A stretch of 64,000 bases of DNA from Candidatus Omnitrophota bacterium (GTDB lineage Bacteria; Omnitrophota; Gorgyraeia; Duberdicusellales; 4484-171). The notes below the pieces were generated by a model that did not search any database, was not told the origin of the DNA, and worked only from the letters and a program-made list of their open reading frames with translations. Below are positions 29,622 to 39,411 of the stretch, one piece after another (positions within the stretch are counted from its first letter, which is position 1; the number at the start of each line of letters is the position of its first letter). The translations under genes and the position numbers were made by a program. The DNA lies in the NCBI GenBank assembly GCA_037146775.1, contig JBAWWL010000007.1, positions 1,536 through 65,535 of the forward strand, in the 5' to 3' direction.

Positions 29622-31967
29622 ATGCAATTTGAGGAAAGAAAAGACAAGAAATGGATCATTGAAAATATCCCGCAGGAATTAAAAGCACTTCCCAACTGGG
29701 TCGGGTTTAAATTCATCCCGCAAGAAGGCAAAAAGCCCAAGAAAGACCCGATCAATGTCGCGACCGGCGGCCATGCTAAGTCTAACGATTCGAAAACATG
29801 GCGCCCATTTGATGAGGTTATCGCGAAAGCCGAAACGCTGAATTTTGACGCAATAGGCATTGCTGTTGTCGAGCCGTATATCGTTTGCGATATTGATCAT
29901 TCTGTTCGCGAAAAAATTATTGCACCGCTCGCAAAGAAAATAATATCCGCTTTTCCCAGTTACACCGAATATTCACCGAGTAAGACCGGCATTCATATTG
30001 TTGGCAAAGGCAAAATCCCAAGAGATCGTAAATTTACCACGCTCGACGTTGAGATGTATTCCGGCAGTAGGTTCTTTACTTTCACCGGCGACCTTGTGCC
30101 GGAGTGTCCTCAAGATATACGCGAAGTGGATATTTCGAAGCTCTACGGTGAGCTCGAGCAGATGGATGATGCGAATAAGCAGATCGACGCACTCTTCAAA
30201 CGCATAAAAAAGAGTAATGACGACACGTTTTTCGCGCTCTATGAAGGCAAGTGGCAGGATTCATATCCTTCTCAATCCGAGGCAGACCTTGCTCTGTGCA
30301 ATAAACTCGCCTTCTGGACGGGCAAGGATCCGGCGTTCATGGATTTGCTTTTCCGCAGGTCGGGCCTCATGCGCCCCAAGTGGGATGAAAAACATTTTAG
30401 CGACGGACGGACTTACGGCCAGTCGCTGATTGAGAAAGCCGTTGAGAGTTGCGCCAACTTCTATCACTCGTCAGGAAATGAATTTAAACACAAGCCCACT
30501 CAAGGCGAAATCATTACCTGCGACTGCGAGGAGAACAGTAAAGACTTTTTCCGCGATCAACATGGCAATTCAATAATCGTGCTTCCAGTCAGTGACCACC
30601 TCGAAGTGTGCCCTACAACGAGCACGAGTTTCAGGAATTGGACAGCTACCCGCTATCGTGAGAAATACGGTGTGCCACCCAAGACAGACGCAATCAATCA
30701 GGCGAAAGTTCAGATTGAGGCGCGGTGCGCGGCTTCCCGTCAGGTTGAATTATTTAATCGTGTCGGCTGGCATGATAACAAGATTTTCTTCGACTTGACC
30801 ACTGCAGATCATAAAGGCGTTGAGATCGACAGAATTGGTTGGAGAGTTGTTGGTATTCCTCCAATGTTCAGGCGTTATCAACATCAGGCTGAACAGGTCG
30901 TGCCGGTAGCTGGATGCGACCCGAAAGATTTCCTGCGGTTCTGCAATATCTCGATAGATGATCGTTGCCTTTTTATGGCGCTTATCGCTTCGTATTTTAT
31001 TCCAAATATTCCGCACGTTATTTTAAGCCAGACCGGCGAACAGGGATCTGGTAAATCGAACAACTCCCGCAAGATTAAAAGTTTGGTTGATCCCTCGCGT
31101 GTCACGCTCATCTCAAGCCCGAAAGATCTGGAACACGCGCAAATGATCGGCGAGAAACACTGGCTTATCTCATTTGATAATATCTCCAGAATTCCCGATT
31201 GGCTAAGTGACTACTATTGCCGTGGCGTGACAGGCGAAGGTGATATGAAACGAAGCCTGTACACCAATGACGATGAGTTTATCCGTTCATATCGCAGGTG
31301 TTTTGTTTTAAACGGTATCGGCTCATCCATGTATCGGCCTGATTTGCTTGATCGCTCGATCATCTTTGAAATTCCCATACTCAAAAGCTCCCGGCCGGAG
31401 AACGCCATGAATGAAGAATGGCACAAATCTCTACCGGGCATCTTAGGCGGGTTCTTCACTGTGGTTTCAAAAGCCATGAGTCGTGTGTCGCAAGTCAGCG
31501 GCCATGAGAAATTCCGCATGTCTGACTTCGCCCAGTGGGGCGGTGCTCTTGCCGAGGCTCTCGGGTATTCGCAGGATGAGTTTTTTAAGAAGTATCAGGA
31601 GTCCGTTGATCGCAAATGGCAGGACACCGCGGAGGACAGCGTATTTGCCAAAAGGATTACTGAATTCTTGGAGAGGCATGGCGGTTACTGGTCGGGTTCG
31701 CCCGCGGAACTTCTTTCTGAAATAAAGCCGGAAGATGATGAGAAAGGAATCCCCAAGACGGCCAAGTGGCTGTCGAATGAGCTGGTCAGGATCGCGCCGG
31801 TTATGCGTAATGTGGGCATTGACATCATCAAGGATAAACGCGAAGGCGGTACCGGCAGGCGCATTTTTGTTCTCAAGAAATGTGAGCGAAAAACTTGTGA
31901 GGATGGTGTGAGGATCGGGCAATTTTGTGAGGATGGCCATGAGGTGGACAGTGACCGGCCATTCTGA
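29622..31967 (+). CDS. Bifunctional primase-polymerase (prim-pol) with P4/D5-type helicase (SF3-like) domain
   Basis: N-terminal prim-pol motifs (FDAIGIAVVEPYIVCDIDH; D-x-D and His). Walker A SQTGEQGSGKSNNS. C-terminal CEDG repeats encoded by the iterons. GGAG RBS before the ATG at 29622. Confidence 0.7.
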   Translation: MQFEERKDKKWIIENIPQELKALPNWVGFKFIPQEGKKPKKDPINVATGGHAKSNDSKTWRPFDEVIAKAETLNFDAIGIAVVEPYIVCDIDHSVREKIIAPLAKKIISAFPSYTEYSPSKTGIHIVGKGKIPRDRKFTTLDVEMYSGSRFFTFTGDLVPECPQDIREVDISKLYGELEQMDDANKQIDALFKRIKKSNDDTFFALYEGKWQDSYPSQSEADLALCNKLAFWTGKDPAFMDLLFRRSGLMRPKWDEKHFSDGRTYGQSLIEKAVESCANFYHSSGNEFKHKPTQGEIITCDCEENSKDFFRDQHGNSIIVLPVSDHLEVCPTTSTSFRNWTATRYREKYGVPPKTDAINQAKVQIEARCAASRQVELFNRVGWHDNKIFFDLTTADHKGVEIDRIGWRVVGIPPMFRRYQHQAEQVVPVAGCDPKDFLRFCNISIDDRCLFMALIASYFIPNIPHVILSQTGEQGSGKSNNSRKIKSLVDPSRVTLISSPKDLEHAQMIGEKHWLISFDNISRIPDWLSDYYCRGVTGEGDMKRSLYTNDDEFIRSYRRCFVLNGIGSSMYRPDLLDRSIIFEIPILKSSRPENAMNEEWHKSLPGILGGFFTVVSKAMSRVSQVSGHEKFRMSDFAQWGGALAEALGYSQDEFFKKYQESVDRKWQDTAEDSVFAKRITEFLERHGGYWSGSPAELLSEIKPEDDEKGIPKTAKWLSNELVRIAPVMRNVGIDIIKDKREGGTGRRIFVLKKCERKTCEDGVRIGQFCEDGHEVDSDRPF

Positions 31968-32190
31968 TTTTGTGAGGATTGAGATGTATCCTCACGCAAA
32001 CTCACAGGCATCCTCACAGGGTCAACACGCCTGTTCACAAGTAGTTACACCAATCTGTGAGGATTGTGAGGCTATTTTCTTTAAAGTAGTAAGAAAGAAA
32101 AATATATAGGAAAGCTCATAAAAACTCACACGCAAATACATGAGGTTTAAGGATAGGGATTTTAGCCTCACGAACCTCACAAGCTCACAA
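31879..32190 (+). repeat. Iteron cluster: at least 6 direct TGTGAGGAT repeats plus about 4 inverted copies (ATCCTCACA / CCTCAC); putative origin of replication
   Basis: Direct copies at about 31894, 31905, 31924, 31969, 32054, 32063. Inverted copies at about 31988, 32009, 32167, 32176. The cluster spans the last 90 nt of the primase gene and the following 220 nt. Confidence 0.6.
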
Positions 32191-32273
32191 AAGGAGGTGA
32201 TGTCTGGGCAGGTGTAGAAGCGGAAAAACAATTGGCAATGTAATTAACATTTAACTAAATGAAAGGAAAAACC

Positions 32274-32948
32274 ATGAAACTGAATTTTTTGAACGCGTTA
32301 AACGGTAAGGTCAATCACGAAGAGATTGCCGAGCAGATCATCGCTCTGGAAATCAAACAAAAGGAATGCGAGAACGAGCGGAACCTCTCAAAGATTCTCT
32401 GCAAGGAAGTCCGGGGCAAGACCCTGTGCGGGGAAAAGATAAGCCCCGACGTCATTAAAAGCGCGGATAAAGGCTACGAGGAGGCATTGCTTAATCTCGA
32501 GATCGTTACCGAAGGCCTCGAGGAGCTCGGGAAAAAGCTCACTGTTGAGCTTGAGGCATACAGGCAAGACGAGGCAAAACGGATCGCTAATATGCGCAGT
32601 AAGCTTGAACAGGAGCGCGAGAAGGTCATGCGGGAGTTCGCCAAGGCCAAAGGAAGGCTGTTAGGGCTGGCTTTCGGTATTTACGGCCACCCGGCGGTTG
32701 CACGCAGGCACCTTGAGGTTTTACGGAGTTTTACCTATACCAATACGGATCAGTTTTCCGAGGAGTTCGAGGCTGAGCAAAACAAAACAGTCGCCGAGTT
32801 AAAACGTCCGACCTTTGCCGATCTTGATGAGGAGTGTCAGCAGAAAGACCGCTGGCTATCTTCTTTTAATATCGATGAAGAGTATGCCCGCATTCTCAAG
32901 AAGTATCGGGATCAGCATGGGGTTGAAGGTCAGCCGGTTGAGTCGTAG
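32274..32948 (+). CDS. Hypothetical coiled-coil protein
   Basis: Charged heptad-like sequence. AAGGA RBS before the ATG at 32274. Confidence 0.4.
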   Translation: MKLNFLNALNGKVNHEEIAEQIIALEIKQKECENERNLSKILCKEVRGKTLCGEKISPDVIKSADKGYEEALLNLEIVTEGLEELGKKLTVELEAYRQDEAKRIANMRSKLEQEREKVMREFAKAKGRLLGLAFGIYGHPAVARRHLEVLRSFTYTNTDQFSEEFEAEQNKTVAELKRPTFADLDEECQQKDRWLSSFNIDEEYARILKKYRDQHGVEGQPVES

Positions 32949-33380
32949 AGGCAAAGGACTGCGGAGGAGCCTGCGCGGGGTTTTCCTTTTTGTTTCCCTT
33001 CGTGCTGGCTTTGCCGGAGAAGCGCGTCCGGCAGGGGCGGTCTTGTTACCCGACCTCTTCGCACGCCCCCTTTTTTACGGGTCCTTGGAAGGGGGTGTCG
33101 GCCGAGGGTCGGGCGAGGCGCGGGCTTTGAGTGATGTCAGTTTTTGAAAATGTCATGTCGTGGTCGTATAGGCATATTTCGGGGTGTCCGGTTGGTAATG
33201 GCTCAAAAAGGCGTTTACCGTCGGGAAAACGGCTCAATTTTGGCTCAAAATCGGTTCAAAAACGATGTCCTACGAGTCGGACATATACGACATTTTCGAT
33301 GTCCGAATGTCCTATTGGTAGCGACAGGAAAATCAACTCGCATAAAACAAGGCGCGCTTCCATTTTTAAAAGAATAATAC

Positions 33381-33409
33381 TTGATTTTTTGTCTCTTGTG
33401 CAATATAAT
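33381..33409 (+). promoter_or_regulatory. Sigma70 promoter (TTGATT-N17-TATAAT) for the XRE gene, preceded by ATGTCCGA/TCGGACAT operator-like palindromes (33270-33320)
   Basis: Hexamers and the 17-nt spacer read directly. An ATG 8 nt downstream of the -10 suggests a leaderless mRNA. Confidence 0.4.
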
Positions 33410-33416
33410 GCAAGAT

Positions 33417-33647
33417 ATGCAAGATAGATCGAAGAATACAATCTCGCCGGAGCAAAATCCTATGGATATCGTCAAACAATTAGAGCTTTACCGTTTGGAG
33501 AACAGAATTACTCAAGATGAGCTTGCTAAGGAGATCGGCGTCAATTTCTCCACAGTGAGCCGGTGGCTCAATGGTAAAACCACTCCGAATAAGATTCAGC
33601 AGTATCATATAGAAAAATTATTAAAGCAAAAGGCAACGAGAAAATAA
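33417..33647 (+). CDS. XRE-family helix-turn-helix transcriptional regulator
   Basis: ITQDELAKEIGVNFSTVSRWLNGKTTPN is the classic XRE HTH. The start is uncertain (33417 leaderless or 33462); the listed TTG at 33381 overlaps the promoter. Confidence 0.6.
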   Translation: MQDRSKNTISPEQNPMDIVKQLELYRLENRITQDELAKEIGVNFSTVSRWLNGKTTPNKIQQYHIEKLLKQKATRK

Positions 33648-33654
33648 AGTATTT

Positions 33655-36600
33655 ATGAAAAACGATTCGTCAAAAATATCAAAGATGAAATTGCAGATCG
33701 AAGAGTGGAAGAAAAGACTCATAGATCTAACGCGAAGGAATCAGCTTGTTTTTTTTAATTCCACGAAAAAAAGCACTATTGAAATTAAACATCCTTCTTT
33801 CGAAGATGTGTTCAGTTCGCTATTCAATGAAAAGAAATTTAGTGTTTGGTTGCCACCAAAGGATGATGAAAATAATAAATTAAGTGACAGCGAAAAAGAG
33901 GATCTTTTTAATAGTAGCCCAGCGGACGATGATGAGTATAATTTAAGAGATAATGAGTTAGCTTTCGTTTTATCTGAGCGGAAGGAAACTGAACGTAGAA
34001 TAAAGAGCATTTATAGAAAAGCGTCCTCAGATTACCTTGAAAAAGGCATAAGAACGTCTATAGTTGCTTTTGGTTTACTATGGTGGAAAGAAAAGGATTC
34101 TCACGAAGAAGTATGCTCTCCTTTGTTGTTGTATTCAGTCGAGATATTGCAGGCCACTCCTGAAGAACCATATAAAATCCTTGGATCAGAAGAAGATGTT
34201 ATTTTAAATCCCGCAATTCAAGTCAAGATGAATTGGGATTTCAAAATTCAATTGCCCGAACCGGATTTTGATTCTGATGATTGGAATCTTGATGCATATT
34301 TATCTTCAATAGAAAAACTTGGCAAGCGGGACGGTTGGCGCGTTGAAAAGAGGATGTTTCTTGGAAACTTTTCTTTTCATAAGATAGCGATGTATCAGGA
34401 TCTTGCAGTTAATGCTTCAATAATGGAGCAACATCTGATAATAAAAGGGCTCGCAGAAGGATTTTTAGATGAGCGGCTTTGCGTAAATGATATCCCAAAT
34501 GAGAAAGAGCTCGATAATAATGCTGATTCGAAGAGGATGCTTTACATATTAGATGCAGATAGTAGTCAGTCGAAGGCCATTGAGTCTTCGATATGTGGGC
34601 ATAGCTTTGTCTTGAAAGGGCCTCCGGGTACAGGAAAAAGTCAAACTATTAGCAATATAATTGCCGAGTTTCTAGAGGAAGGTAAAACGGTTTTATTTGT
34701 CAGCGAAAAAATGGCGGCCTTGGAGGTTGTTTTTAATCGATTGAAACAGGCTCGATTAACCGATTATTGCCTTGAACTTCACAGCCACAAAGCCAATAAA
34801 AAAGAGGTTGTCAAAGAACTTAAGAGATGCCTAGACGAACAGCCGATCGCTAACAAGAAAGTTACTTCTCTTGAATTAGAAAAACTTCGGGCTCTTCGTA
34901 CTAGATTAAATGAGTATGTTCTTGAGCTACATTTTGTTAGAGATCCACTTGGGGAGAGCATGTATCAAGTGTTTGGAAAATTATCAAGGCTAGATAGAAT
35001 GACGCTTATTCCCATAAAACTTCCCGACGATAGTTTTTCCCCAATTTCATTTCAATCGATGAAAGATTTAATTTCAAGACTTCGGAATTGCTTCATTGTT
35101 ATTGAGGAGGGGCGAGTTTTCCCTTGGCGAGGATTTAAACCGCAAAGATTTACACATAGTTTACGAGCAGATCTTATTGATAAGCTTACAAAAATAAGGT
35201 CACAAATAAGTAAGTTGGATGGGCTTTTTAAGGATCATTCATCTATTTTAGGATTAGACTCTCCAGTTAGTCTTTCTGGATGTAAATGGATGCTTCAGAT
35301 GAGCAGAAAGTTAACCAATAATCCATCCCCGGTCAAGCTGTGGTTTTCCGAAATCGAGAGAAAGCAATTGTTATTAGAGGCACAGAAATATTGCGATTTA
35401 GACGAGCGTTACCAGCTATTAAGGAATGAAGTTCTTGGTGATTTTAACGAAACTTTCTTTGGCCTGACTGTTAGTATAAAAAATGATTTTCAATCAGTTT
35501 GGGGCGACCTAAGCGCCCTAATATCGAAAGATGCGGGCATGGACGCTCAGCTACTTGTTGTTCGAAAAGAACTAGAAGCATTTTCGGATAGCTCTAGGCA
35601 ATATTTAGAAGGTTATATACGGGATGTTCGAGAGATTAAAGAAGCTTTTGGCTTAACGATTCCAGAGAATTATTCGATAGAGCGTATCAAGCAATTAACA
35701 GAACTAGTTTCCCTCCTATTCGTAGAGAATAAGCCTGAGAAGGCGTGGTTTGACCCTGTGGCCCTCAACAGAGCGGTCAATATGATCAAGAAGCTCCGAG
35801 TTTATTGTGAAAAATACTCCCAGCTCACGACTGAAATAGCCTCAAAATATTACACTGGATTCCTAACGCTAGACACCGAACGGTTAATAAAAAACTTTGA
35901 GGGTAGATATAAAAGTATATTCAGATTTTTTATTCCCGGATATTATTTCGATATTAGTCGTATCAAGAAAATCAGCAAAACAAAAAGTTTTCTCGCCACG
36001 ATTGTCACCGATTTAAGGAACGTTAGAGAACTAAAAGAGCTTGAGAACACTTTTAATGTCGAGAGTCCGTCCATAAAAGAAGCCCTTGGGAATTATTTTA
36101 ATGGGTTTGATACAAATCTTGAAGCCACAGAGTTTGCAATTGAGACGGCGGATAAGATCATCCGTCTTGTTGGCGAGCTACCTTTACCCGTAGGCGTCTT
36201 AAATGCCGGGGCTTTTGGTGGAATTGCGCATCCAAATTTGAAAATCATTTCTAGCCGGCTTCATAATACATTAACTGTGTGGTTACGTGAACTTGAGAAA
36301 TTCGGAATAATTGTTTCAGACAAGTGTTTGATGGTAACAAAATTACCCCTTGTCGAAAGTTCCGTTGTTTCACTAAATCAGTATTTTTATGACTTATCTC
36401 TCGCTCTAAAGAATTTAAATATAGTTGTTAATGCAATTGAACAACCTAAACGAGTGGGGCATTTTAATTCATGTTCGGAAATATTTGAAAAATTGGATAG
36501 TCTTGCCCAAATCCGAGATTTTGAGAAAGATATTCAAGGAAGATCAGAAAAACTAAGTCAATCATTTGGTAATAAATTTCTTGGTCTACAAACAAATTGG

Positions 36601-39258
36601 CGAGAAATAGTGAATGCTTTAAATTGGACAAAAGAGTTTACTGGGATGATCGAAGGAGTTCCTCTTTCCGACGATTTTCTTGCCAACGTTATTTCGGGGA
36701 TACGGCCCAAAGAATCTGAAATATCAGAATTGGATTCCGAACGTCAGACGGCCGAAAACAGGATTAAAGAATTCGAAGAATTATTTAACGACAAAGAAGA
36801 TCAATTTCCTCCTGTTCGTCTCGAAAATCTCGATTTCGATCACATCACTATGGATCTAGATCAACTCATCAGTAGGATTGATGATCTTTCGTATTGGCTT
36901 GAATACATCAACATAGCCGGAGAATTACGGAAATACGGGCTATCATCTTTCATAGAAAAGATTGTTGCTATTCCACCCAACCCCGATCAATTAGGTGATA
37001 TTTTTGTTAAATCTTTTTACAATGCATGGGTGAACAAAGTTTCTGAACAAGTTCCGGTGCTGGGTGAGTTTAAGGGTATTAATCATGAAGATACGGTTAC
37101 TGAATTTAGGGCGCTTGACAAGAAATTAAATTCACTCTCATCTTCTTTAATTATTGAGAAATTAAACGAATCAAAAAGTGGCTTGTTGGATGGGGTGCGA
37201 GGCAGTGAGGTATCAGTATTGCGAGACCAATCAGCTCGTGTTCGTCGGCATTTTCCCTTGAGGGTGCTTTTTTCTCGTATTCCGCATTTATTGCTTAAAC
37301 TAAAACCTTGCCTACTTATGAGTCCTCTTTCCGTAAGTCATTTTATTGACCAAACGAACTACAAATTTGATCTTGTAATTTTCGATGAGGCTTCGCAAAT
37401 ATGTTCGGAAGACGCCGTAGGTGCGATTGCGCGAGGTAAACAATTAATTGTAGCTGGAGATAACAAACAATTACCTCCGACTAAGTTTTTTCAAGGAGAT
37501 TCGACTGACGAGGATGATATTGAGGAGTCTAATGAATCATTTGGAGTATATCAAAGCGTTTTAGATGATTGCGAGAGAATAGGATTGACGCCACAGCCTT
37601 TAATGTTGAAATGGCATTATCGAAGTAAGCACGAAGGTTTAATCGCATATTCGAATTTGCGATTTTATGAGAATAAGCTTGTTACATTTCCATGTGCAAA
37701 AGAAAAGCATGACGATTTAGGCATTAAGTTTATTTATGTAAGCGATGGTGTTTTTGATCGTGGAGGGAAAAGGAACAACTTAAAAGAAGCTGAAATAGTT
37801 GCGGATTTGGTTTTTGACCACCTCACTAAGTATGGTGACAGTAAAACATTGGGCGTTGCGACATTAAATCTGCCGCAGAAAGATGCTGTGCTGGATGCTA
37901 TAGAACAAAGGAGAAAAATTCATCCGGAGCTGGACAAATTTTTTCTCACTGATAGACTGTCAGGTTTCTTTGTGAAAAACCTTGAATCAGTACAAGGCGA
38001 TGAGCGCGATGTTATCATTCTGAGTCTCGGGTACGGGCGTGATTCTCAAGGTAGATTCACAATGAATTTCGGGCCAATTAATAAAGATGGTGGTGAAAAA
38101 CGCCTAAATGTTATTGTTACTCGAGCAAAAGAAAAGTTGATTTTAGTAAGCTCAATCAAGGCATCCGATTTTGATTTAAGCAATCTTAATACAGAGGGCG
38201 TTAGACACTTATATCGCTACTTGGACTATGCTGAGAGAGGCAAAGAGGCTCTTGAGCTACAAGATATTACCGATGGAGATGTCGACTCTCCGTTTGAGGA
38301 AGATGTGAAGAATGCAATCAGGGCGTTTGGATTTGACGCGGTTAGTCAAGTTGGTTGTAGTGGATTTAGAATTGATATTGGGGTCATTGATCCTGCTCAT
38401 CCCGGATGTTTCATCTTAGGCGTTGAATGTGATGGCGCCACATATCACTCTGCATTCACAGCTCGAGAGAGAGATAGAATTAGGCAAGAAATCTTAGAGA
38501 AGCTAGGATGGAAAATGCATAGAATTTGGTCGCCGGATTGGTTCTATAGAAAAGCAGAAGAAATCGCAAAATTGAAAGAAGTGATTGATAAGGTGCGGAC
38601 TAATGGTTATTGTTCAGGCGTATCACATAAAAGTCATGAGATAGAAATTCGTTATGATAAACGAGAACCAAATGATTTTAAGGAAAATTTTGTTGACGGG
38701 ATCGTTGAATACTCAATATACAAGCGGAGGAACACGTATCCATCGTATGAATTTAATCTTCCGGAAAGTTGCGAAAAACGAGCTGATATTCTTGTAGAAA
38801 TAGTAAGGCATGAAAGTCCAATCCATGTTGATTTAGTTTCAAGACGTCTTCTTTCGATCTGGGGTATACAGCGTATGGGTTCTGTAGTTGAAGACACGAT
38901 GGATAGAACGGTGAGATATTGTTTAAGAAAGGAATATATCTTCCGAAAAGGTAAATTCCTGTACTCAGATTCGTTATTTGTAGTTAATAATGTTCGAAAA
39001 CCGATTGAGGGCAAGCCTGAGACATTTCGAGACGCCGAGCTCATTTCCGAGGATGAAGTTGAGTTAGCCCTAACACTTTTCATTAAAAATGCAATGAGTA
39101 TCGATAAAGAGGCTCTTATTACTGAGACCGCAAGGCTCTTTGGCTGGGCAAGAAATGGATCAAAAGTGGAGTCTCTTATTGTCAAGGCTTTTGGTGAGCT
39201 TTTAAAGAAAGAACTAATCGTAACAAATAATAATTTAGTTTATCTAAAAACGAATTGA
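33655..39258 (+). CDS. 1867-aa DUF4011 / Upf1-like SF1 helicase (AAA_11-AAA_12) / REase-fold (DUF559-like) / DUF3320 protein
   Basis: N-terminal WKKRLIDLTRRNQLVFF (DUF4011-like). Walker A LKGPPGTGKSQT and motif II VIFDEASQ. Helicase C-terminal motifs (NVIVTRAKEKLILV). REase-like FRIDIGVIDP...GVECDGATYHS. C-terminal conserved tail. Confidence 0.75.
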   Translation: MKNDSSKISKMKLQIEEWKKRLIDLTRRNQLVFFNSTKKSTIEIKHPSFEDVFSSLFNEKKFSVWLPPKDDENNKLSDSEKEDLFNSSPADDDEYNLRDNELAFVLSERKETERRIKSIYRKASSDYLEKGIRTSIVAFGLLWWKEKDSHEEVCSPLLLYSVEILQATPEEPYKILGSEEDVILNPAIQVKMNWDFKIQLPEPDFDSDDWNLDAYLSSIEKLGKRDGWRVEKRMFLGNFSFHKIAMYQDLAVNASIMEQHLIIKGLAEGFLDERLCVNDIPNEKELDNNADSKRMLYILDADSSQSKAIESSICGHSFVLKGPPGTGKSQTISNIIAEFLEEGKTVLFVSEKMAALEVVFNRLKQARLTDYCLELHSHKANKKEVVKELKRCLDEQPIANKKVTSLELEKLRALRTRLNEYVLELHFVRDPLGESMYQVFGKLSRLDRMTLIPIKLPDDSFSPISFQSMKDLISRLRNCFIVIEEGRVFPWRGFKPQRFTHSLRADLIDKLTKIRSQISKLDGLFKDHSSILGLDSPVSLSGCKWMLQMSRKLTNNPSPVKLWFSEIERKQLLLEAQKYCDLDERYQLLRNEVLGDFNETFFGLTVSIKNDFQSVWGDLSALISKDAGMDAQLLVVRKELEAFSDSSRQYLEGYIRDVREIKEAFGLTIPENYSIERIKQLTELVSLLFVENKPEKAWFDPVALNRAVNMIKKLRVYCEKYSQLTTEIASKYYTGFLTLDTERLIKNFEGRYKSIFRFFIPGYYFDISRIKKISKTKSFLATIVTDLRNVRELKELENTFNVESPSIKEALGNYFNGFDTNLEATEFAIETADKIIRLVGELPLPVGVLNAGAFGGIAHPNLKIISSRLHNTLTVWLRELEKFGIIVSDKCLMVTKLPLVESSVVSLNQYFYDLSLALKNLNIVVNAIEQPKRVGHFNSCSEIFEKLDSLAQIRDFEKDIQGRSEKLSQSFGNKFLGLQTNWREIVNALNWTKEFTGMIEGVPLSDDFLANVISGIRPKESEISELDSERQTAENRIKEFEELFNDKEDQFPPVRLENLDFDHITMDLDQLISRIDDLSYWLEYINIAGELRKYGLSSFIEKIVAIPPNPDQLGDIFVKSFYNAWVNKVSEQVPVLGEFKGINHEDTVTEFRALDKKLNSLSSSLIIEKLNESKSGLLDGVRGSEVSVLRDQSARVRRHFPLRVLFSRIPHLLLKLKPCLLMSPLSVSHFIDQTNYKFDLVIFDEASQICSEDAVGAIARGKQLIVAGDNKQLPPTKFFQGDSTDEDDIEESNESFGVYQSVLDDCERIGLTPQPLMLKWHYRSKHEGLIAYSNLRFYENKLVTFPCAKEKHDDLGIKFIYVSDGVFDRGGKRNNLKEAEIVADLVFDHLTKYGDSKTLGVATLNLPQKDAVLDAIEQRRKIHPELDKFFLTDRLSGFFVKNLESVQGDERDVIILSLGYGRDSQGRFTMNFGPINKDGGEKRLNVIVTRAKEKLILVSSIKASDFDLSNLNTEGVRHLYRYLDYAERGKEALELQDITDGDVDSPFEEDVKNAIRAFGFDAVSQVGCSGFRIDIGVIDPAHPGCFILGVECDGATYHSAFTARERDRIRQEILEKLGWKMHRIWSPDWFYRKAEEIAKLKEVIDKVRTNGYCSGVSHKSHEIEIRYDKREPNDFKENFVDGIVEYSIYKRRNTYPSYEFNLPESCEKRADILVEIVRHESPIHVDLVSRRLLSIWGIQRMGSVVEDTMDRTVRYCLRKEYIFRKGKFLYSDSLFVVNNVRKPIEGKPETFRDAELISEDEVELALTLFIKNAMSIDKEALITETARLFGWARNGSKVESLIVKAFGELLKKELIVTNNNLVYLKTN

Positions 39259-39411
39259 TTGAAATTATTGGCGCCAGAAGCTGATTGCTCGAATAATATG
39301 GTTAATCAAAGCGCGGTTGCAGAATTTGAGAAACAAATAAATGATTTGGTTTATGGATACTATGGTTTAACGAAAAAAAATAGACTTACTGGAAAACTCG
39401 GCTGGAGATAA

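Noticed and set aside
32815-33147. 110-aa ORF in the GC-rich block (and 33046-33475 ORFs on both strands)
   Set aside because: Arg/Gly/Ala-rich translation typical of non-coding GC-rich DNA. No RBS. Overlaps regulatory palindromes.
33381-33416. Listed TTG start of the XRE ORF at 33381
   Set aside because: This stretch coincides with the -35/-10 promoter hexamers. Translation must start downstream.
38652-39185. 177-aa minus-strand ORF inside the DUF4011 helicase gene; similarly 3654-4019, 7081-7335, 18714-19052, 24080-24442, 26449-26841, 31467-31940 and other antisense ORFs
   Set aside because: Each lies fully within, and antisense to, a strongly supported coding sequence. Low-complexity translations. 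Treated as spurious.
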